This document shows positions 14,933 through 18,531 of a DNA stretch of 18,531 bases, piece by piece. The translations under genes were made by a program, and so were the position numbers. The stretch's first letter is position 1; each line of letters starts with the position of its first letter. Source of the stretch: Patescibacteria group bacterium (lineage in GTDB: Bacteria; Patescibacteriota; Patescibacteriia; UBA2591; UBA6264); NCBI GenBank assembly GCA_028713575.1, contig JAQTOB010000011.1, positions 1 through 18,531 of the forward strand, given 5' to 3'. Below the pieces are notes generated by a model. It saw only the letters and a program-made list of their open reading frames with translations. It was not told the DNA's origin and ran no database searches.

Positions 14933-15132
14933 GGTACGGCTGATCTCCGCCAGCGGGCGGACAGACTACCTTTGGCGGAGACCCCACCTACCCGCTCTTC
15001 TTTTACGCTATTGAAATGGCAGGTTATCTAAGAAAGAATGCCTTGATGATTATTCAAAAAGGTATTCCGTAGCTAAATCATTCCAAAATTTTAACAAAGG
15101 ATAATTAGCGAAGGATACCCCTACCCGCTCCA
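14933..15132 (+). ncRNA. Unassigned structured segment between tRNA-Gly and a terminator; contains two tRNA-Gly-3'-end-like strings
   Basis: There are competing helices: CTCCGCC (14945..14951) can pair with GGCGG (14956..14960) or GGCGGAG (14974..14980). A long imperfect hairpin runs from GGTATTCC (15061) to GGATACC (15119). CCTACCCGCTC occurs at 14987..14997 and 15120..15130, the second followed by CA. I found no tmRNA, SRP or RNase P motifs. Confidence 0.3.
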
Positions 15133-15167
15133 AACAAAAAAACAGATATAGATCTGCTTTTTTGTTT
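15132..15167. terminator. Bidirectional terminator-like hairpin AAACAAAAAAA-CAGAT-ATAG-ATCTG-C-TTTTTTGTTT
   Basis: A perfect 5-bp core is extended by A-run/T-run pairing. Confidence 0.6.
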
Positions 15168-15179
15168 CAGATAAAATTC

Positions 15180-15208
15180 TTGCCAAAATATGATTTATTT
15201 GTTAATAT
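15180..15208 (+). promoter_or_regulatory. Sigma70-like promoter TTGCCA-N17-TAATAT for tRNA-Phe
   Basis: The -35 is at 15180..15185 and the -10 at 15203..15208. The tRNA starts at 15248. Confidence 0.5.
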
Positions 15209-15247
15209 TTTTCTGTATTCCTTGTATATGCTCTTTTCATAAATTAA

Positions 15248-15538
15248 GCCGAGGTAGCTCAGTGGTAGAGCAAATGGCTGGTTTTCGGCCCTTTTAATGG
15301 TAACATTAAATGTAAACCAGGTGAAATCGGGGAAACCTGATGAAAAAAAGGCAATCCCGAGCCAAGCCCTTTTAGAGGGAAGGTGTAGAGACTATCCCGT
15401 AGGGAGTACTCTAAATATTTAGAGGAAGCGCCTGGAATCCTAATAATTTAGGATTATGATATAGTCCGAACCTTTGGGAAACCAAAGTAAAAATTAAGGA
15501 AAACCATTGTGTCGGCAGTCCGATTCTGCCCCTCGGCA
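15248..15538 (+). tRNA. tRNA-Phe(GAA) interrupted in the anticodon loop by a 219-nt group I intron; CCA not encoded
   Basis: Exon 1 (15248..15279) is GCCGAGG-TA-GCTC-AGTGGTA-GAGC-A-AATGG-CT. Exon 2 (15499..15538) is GAAAA-CCATT-GTGTC-GGCAG-TCCGATT-CTGCC-CCTCGGC-A. Joined, they give a canonical 72-nt cloverleaf with loop CU-GAA-AA. Confidence 0.85.
15280..15498 (+). ncRNA. Group I self-splicing intron, IC3-like (tRNA-intron type), with no internal ORF
   Basis: Core strings are nearly identical to the Anabaena tRNA-Leu and Azoarcus tRNA-Ile introns: GGCAATCCCGAGCCAAGCC and GGAAGGTGTAGAGACTAT. P7 pairs GACTAT with ATAGTC. There are GNRA-capped hairpins (TTTAATG-GTAA-CATTAAA, CTTTGG-GAAA-CCAAAG). 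P1 pairs exon GGCU with the guide GGCC, placing a U.G wobble at the 5' splice site. The terminal G is at 15498. Confidence 0.85.
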
Positions 15539-15552
15539 TCTGTTAACGATTA

Positions 15553-15581
15553 TTGACGTGAATAGAACTCCAGATTATAAT
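15553..15581 (+). promoter_or_regulatory. Near-consensus promoter TTGACG-N17-TATAAT for the endonuclease-like ORF
   Basis: The -35 is at 15553..15558 and the -10 at 15576..15581. The spacer overlaps the left arm of the 12-bp inverted repeat. Confidence 0.55.
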
Positions 15582-15609
15582 TAATATATTATTATGTATC
15601 TGGAGTTCT
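15564..15609 (+). terminator. 12-bp perfect inverted repeat AGAACTCCAGAT ... ATCTGGAGTTCT with a 22-nt AT loop, downstream of tRNA-Phe
   Basis: The arms are at 15564..15575 and 15598..15609, followed by TATTTTAAT. It could terminate the tRNA-Phe transcript and/or occlude the overlapping promoter. Confidence 0.4.
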
Positions 15610-15629
15610 TATTTTAATAAATCATTCTT

Positions 15630-16058
15630 ATGCAAACCAAAAAACAAAAAGCAATTCAATTAAGAAAGCTAGGTAAAAGTTACAATGAAATTACAAAAAG
15701 ATTGGGGGTCCCTAAAAGTACTTTATCTACATGGCTTAAAGGGGTTAAAATGCCTCCGATGGTCCAACAAAAAATTTTAAATAACGCTCAAAAAATCTGG
15801 GCTAAAAGCATCACTGATTACAATAAAAAAAGAGCGTCTTTAATCAAAGACAAATGGCAAAAATTTGAGAAAAAAATCAGCAAAAAAATCAATAAATTAT
15901 CAACGGAAAAAATTAAATTGATTGGCACGGCCCTTTATTGGGCAGAAGGTTATAAAAAAACGAGATGGACTGCAATGTTTTGTAATTCTGATCCGGATAT
16001 GGTTCATTTAATGATGAAATTCTTTCGAGAAATATGTCTGATACCGGAAAAAAACTAA
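15630..16058 (+). CDS. N-terminal part of an HTH plus LAGLIDADG-like homing-endonuclease-like protein (frame 0)
   Basis: It has a resolvase-type HTH (LRKLGKSYNEITKRLGVPKSTLSTWLKG). LIGTALYWAEGYK resembles a LAGLIDADG motif. The ORF ends at a TAA directly after GAA AAA AAC. Confidence 0.55.
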   Translation: MQTKKQKAIQLRKLGKSYNEITKRLGVPKSTLSTWLKGVKMPPMVQQKILNNAQKIWAKSITDYNKKRASLIKDKWQKFEKKISKKINKLSTEKIKLIGTALYWAEGYKKTRWTAMFCNSDPDMVHLMMKFFREICLIPEKN

Positions 16059-16303
16059 AACCACAAATACAAATTCATGCTAATATCTCTGAAAAAACAG
16101 CTAAACAATATTGGTCGCGAATTAGCAATCTTCCGATAGAACAATTTAGAAAAACACTGAGACAGACTAGTAGAAGCAGTAAAAATATGCGAGTAAAAAA
16201 CACTTTACCGTATGGTGTTTTTAGGATCTATATTTCCGATGTAGAATTGGTCCATAAATTAAAAGGTTGGATTAAAGGTCTTATAGAACAATCTGAAAAA
16301 TAG
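16034..16303 (+). CDS. C-terminal continuation of the same endonuclease-like protein in the -1 frame
   Basis: The frame is open from the A7 run onward (KLKPQIQIHANISEKTAKQYWSRISNLPIEQF...LPYGVFRIYISDVELVHKLKGWIKGL). Fused to the upstream ORF it gives a protein of about 224 aa. Confidence 0.5.
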   Translation: MSDTGKKLKPQIQIHANISEKTAKQYWSRISNLPIEQFRKTLRQTSRSSKNMRVKNTLPYGVFRIYISDVELVHKLKGWIKGLIEQSEK

Positions 16304-16316
16304 TATATTGTATAAC

Positions 16317-16343
16317 AAAAACTCGTTCCCCTAACGAGTTTTT
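16317..16343. terminator. Bidirectional rho-independent terminator AAAA-ACTCGTT-CCCCT-AACGAGT-TTTT
   Basis: It has a 7-bp stem with A and T runs on either side. It lies between the endonuclease-like ORF and the convergent tRNA-Val. Confidence 0.7.
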
Positions 16344-16355
16344 ATAAATTGAAAA

Positions 16356-16427
16356 TGGGCACTGAGGGATTCGAACCCCCGACCTGCTGGATGTAAACCA
16401 GACGCGCTACCACTGCGCCAAGTGCCC
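16356..16427 (-). tRNA. tRNA-Val(TAC), CCA not encoded
   Basis: Acceptor GGGCACT/AGTGCCC, D arm GCGC-AGTGGTA-GCGC, anticodon loop TTTACAT, T arm GGGGG-TTCGAAT-CCCTC, discriminator A. Total 72 nt, with one 27:43 mismatch. Confidence 0.88.
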
Positions 16428-16448
16428 ATTGATCGGAGATTATACTGT

Positions 16449-16739
16449 TTAGATATTGCCTTCTTTTTCCCTATATTCGTCGAATTTCTCCAAAATTTCG
16501 TTATAACGCTTGAAATATGACTTAACTCTTTCATGGTCCGGATCAGAAAATCTGCTAATCATCTCGTTCATTTTTTCTTCATAAGCGGCAATCAGTTCTT
16601 CTCGGCTGTTAATCTCTGAAGAAATTATTTTATCGTGGATTTCTTTAAGTAAATCAGCCAACTCTTCTGAATTTTGCTCAAATTCTTCATTTAATTTTTT
16701 ATATTTTTCGTCTTCTATTGCTCGTTTCTCTTTAAACAT
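16449..16739 (-). CDS. Hypothetical acidic coiled-coil protein (96 aa)
   Basis: The ORF is E/K-rich and helical in character. I recognise no family. Confidence 0.5.
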   Translation of the reverse strand: MFKEKRAIEDEKYKKLNEEFEQNSEELADLLKEIHDKIISSEINSREELIAAYEEKMNEMISRFSDPDHERVKSYFKRYNEILEKFDEYREKEGNI

Positions 16740-16931
16740 AGATTTATATATAATTTATAAACATATCTCCTGTTAAAATAATACAGAATTTTCAAATTTA
16801 GTCAAATAAAAAAAACACTTGAAATTATCGTCGTTTAGAAAGGGGAAGCGTAACCGCCTCTTGGAATTATTATTGTTACACTTTTTCAGACCTCCCGTAT
16901 ATTGTCGGGCGATGTGTTTTTATACAGTTTA

Positions 16932-17738
16932 TTAAGTGGACTCTCGGCGCCGGCCCGAATCAATCAACTCGGTGATATTTAACGCTACGGCATTTTTTTT
17001 AAGAAAAGCGGCGGCAAAATTATCAGCATAGCTCTCGTATACGGAAGCCCTATATGCGGCTTCCTGAGCATTTATTAAATCTTGTTTTGTCTCTATTTTG
17101 CTAGTATTTATTATTTTGACCAAATTAGGATTTGCTTTTATAAAATCTTCTAGATTGTCAAATTTGGAAAGTTCTTCGCGCAAATCTACAGGGTCAAAAC
17201 CGGGAACAGGCATTGTCAAAAGGTTTGATTCGTAGTGCAAATCCCATTTTTCTGCCGCGTCTGAACCATGATAGTCGGGATTGGTTTCGTAATTTCTAAT
17301 ATAATCACTTGCATGGCCAAGCTCGTGAGCAATAATAAATTGTCTAAGTAAATTTGGCGAAAGCCGTGAAAAACTTATTCCCGGTATCTCGGCAACCCTT
17401 GTAGAAGAAGATCGACGAACATCTTTTAGCCTGCACAGGTGTTTTTTATCCATAGAAACTATAAATATAGTAGGGACAAAAGTTTGTTCATCTACTCGTA
17501 CGCGATCAAAAAAACCGCCGGTATTTGGCTCTTCTTCCGGCGAAATAAAAACGATTTCTACGTGAGAAAGATAATCGTATTGTTCTAGTATAAGCTTTAA
17601 CACGTCAAAAGTTGGCTGGTCTAACCCAAAATCATTTTGCTTGACCAGTTCACAAAGCTGTATCCTTCCTGTTTGCTTGTCTTTATTGTGTTCTATCGGG
17701 TCTGGCTGAAAAAATTTTTCTAATTTATTCCCTGACAT
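16932..17738 (-). CDS. Hypothetical protein with an HExxH zinc-metallopeptidase motif (IIAHELGHASDY)
   Basis: 268-aa ORF with no signal peptide or TM segment. The HELGH motif resembles ImmA/IrrE- or SprT-like minimal metallopeptidases, but the family is not established. Confidence 0.55.
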   Translation of the reverse strand: MSGNKLEKFFQPDPIEHNKDKQTGRIQLCELVKQNDFGLDQPTFDVLKLILEQYDYLSHVEIVFISPEEEPNTGGFFDRVRVDEQTFVPTIFIVSMDKKHLCRLKDVRRSSSTRVAEIPGISFSRLSPNLLRQFIIAHELGHASDYIRNYETNPDYHGSDAAEKWDLHYESNLLTMPVPGFDPVDLREELSKFDNLEDFIKANPNLVKIINTSKIETKQDLINAQEAAYRASVYESYADNFAAAFLKKNAVALNITELIDSGRRREST

Positions 17739-17809
17739 TTGTTTGCCTGTTTATTCCATTGAATATTTTATCAACGACTTCTTACTCCCCGAATCTTTAA
17801 TATTAGTGA

Positions 17810-17895
17810 GGCCTGTCCCCCTAAACTGCCGCCCCAATACCCTCATCAACAAAGCGTTTTAATCAGCCAGCTGACGGGTTAGAACTACTTTACTA
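17810..17895 (-). repeat. Copy 2 of the ~86-nt conserved intergenic element (copy 1 at 1545..1630)
   Basis: See copy 1. It lies about 72 nt upstream of the HExxH gene start, in the same orientation as copy 1. Confidence 0.6.
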
Positions 17896-17964
17896 CTTTT
17901 TACTTTATTTAAAACATTAGTCCCCTGTCTGTTAAAAAATATTTTTGAATTGCGTATAACGTTT

Positions 17965-18035
17965 CGGCATATCTGAAGTTGCGATAGCAATTTGGGAAAG
18001 CATTTTTCGGAGAAAAGTACGAACCAGATATGCCG
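17965..18035. other. 11-bp perfect inverted repeat CGGCATATCTG / CAGATATGCCG enclosing two small hairpins (candidate three-way-junction RNA)
   Basis: The arms are at 17965..17975 and 18025..18035. The inner hairpins are TTGC-GATA-GCAA and TTTTC-GGA-GAAAA. Confidence 0.3.
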
Positions 18036-18052
18036 TGTTGTGCGATGTTGTT

Positions 18053-18526
18053 CTAATTTTTTAATTCCTTAAGTTTTTGGTCCCACCATTCTTTCACGGC
18101 GTTTACATGCGCTTTGTGTCCTACTTTTCGGAAGTATTCAAATTTCTCTTCAAAAACTTCATGATGTTTTTTTAGATTTTCGGGACCCTGCAATGCCCAC
18201 AGTGAATGCTTCAGCTCCGCACTTTCTTTTTTCGCCAAGTACTCCATTGGCAAATACCTGTTTGCCGACACATCAAAATCAATAGGTACCACTAAAAAAT
18301 TATAATTTTTATCAAGTATTTTTTTGGCAAGAATTTTGATTCGCTTCTCACATGTTTGCTCGCAGAAGATGAAAAAACTGGCCTTTTTAATTTTTTGCTT
18401 TTGAATTATCTTATTGCTGTTTAATAAATTTTCCAAAGTTGAAAGAGTTTTATTTTCAGGAATGAAAAGCCAATTTTTGGTTATTGGATTTAAAAATGGT
18501 CGTTCTTTAATAATGGCACTAAACAA
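18053..18526 (-). CDS. Hypothetical protein (157 aa as listed); the listed start is TTG and the frame is still open to the right window edge
   Basis: Codon 18526..18524 is TTG. The 5 nt beyond it contain no stop, so the true start may lie outside the window. I recognise no family. Confidence 0.5.
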   Translation of the reverse strand: MFSAIIKERPFLNPITKNWLFIPENKTLSTLENLLNSNKIIQKQKIKKASFFIFCEQTCEKRIKILAKKILDKNYNFLVVPIDFDVSANRYLPMEYLAKKESAELKHSLWALQGPENLKKHHEVFEEKFEYFRKVGHKAHVNAVKEWWDQKLKELKN

Positions 18527-18531
18527 TTTTT

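Noticed and set aside
14716-15014. Track ORFs 14716..14916(-) and 14820..15014(+)
   Set aside because: They overlap tRNA-Gly(TCC) and the structured non-coding segment.
14933-15132. tmRNA, SRP RNA, RNase P RNA or 6S RNA identity for the segment after tRNA-Gly (and likewise for 8593..8686)
   Set aside because: I could not find the diagnostic strings: a tmRNA GGGG...GGAUUCGAC 5' end with a UCCACCA 3' end, the SRP GGAA-capped AGCAGC motif, or the RNase P GAGGAAAGUCC. The size is also wrong for RNase P or tmRNA. The segments are left as unassigned candidates.
16331-16534. Track ORF 16331..16534(-)
   Set aside because: It overlaps tRNA-Val(TAC) and, out of frame, the 96-aa ORF.
16740-16775. Mini upstream ORF (MFINYI) with an AGGAGA box before the 96-aa gene
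   Set aside because: The SD-like box is only 1 nt from that ATG and about 26 nt from the main ATG, so neither spacing is functional-looking. It is probably coincidental in AT-rich sequence.
1-18531. Alternative genetic code (UGA recoding, as in Gracilibacteria/Absconditabacteria)
   Set aside because: I considered it because the big left-edge ORF was missing from the track. That ORF is simply edge-truncated. The flippase gene ends in TGA with an ATGA overlap, and all long ORFs are intact under the standard code.

Overview
AT-rich bacterial window using the standard code: TGA is a stop at 3587..3589 and all long ORFs are intact. Genes are tightly packed, mostly on the minus strand. Gene content and style suggest a Patescibacteria/CPR-like genome, but this is inference, not a search result.

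Left to right:
- An edge-truncated DUF3160-like gene (1..1392, minus) that is absent from the ORF track.
- A tRNA-Ser locus full of tRNA fragments and GC-hairpin repeats.
- A minus-strand cell-envelope operon: Wzx-like flippase, O-antigen-ligase-like protein, GNAT acetyltransferase.
- A divergent secreted SpoIID/LytB-domain protein.
- A DksA/TraR-type zinc-finger protein and ThiI.
- An intergenic block with a strong promoter, a long imperfect hairpin and two Shine-Dalgarno-preceded small ORFs under 60 aa.
- tRNA-Pro.
- A minus-strand operon: long HlyD/MacA-like adaptor, ABC ATPase, MacB/FtsX permease, CaCA antiporter. It is interrupted by a frameshifted GIY-YIG nuclease cassette with 19-bp inverted repeats.
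- A stable-RNA island: tRNA-Gly(TCC), an unassigned ~200-nt structured segment, tRNA-Phe(GAA) split by an IC3-type group I intron, a free-standing HTH plus LAGLIDADG-like ORF broken at an A_AAA_AAC run, and tRNA-Val(TAC).
- Three hypothetical genes, one with an HExxH motif.

The most interesting signals are RNA-level and selfish-element-level rather than a recognisable multi-gene protein system:
- the intron-containing tRNA-Phe with its neighbouring endonuclease-like gene;
- an intact tRNA-Ser sitting between the two halves of a second tRNA-Ser-like gene;
- the GIY-YIG cassette;
- an ~86-nt element present twice, 16 kb apart;
- several promoter- or terminator-delimited structured regions matching no RNA family I can recognise by eye.

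All family names come from motif recognition, not database searches.
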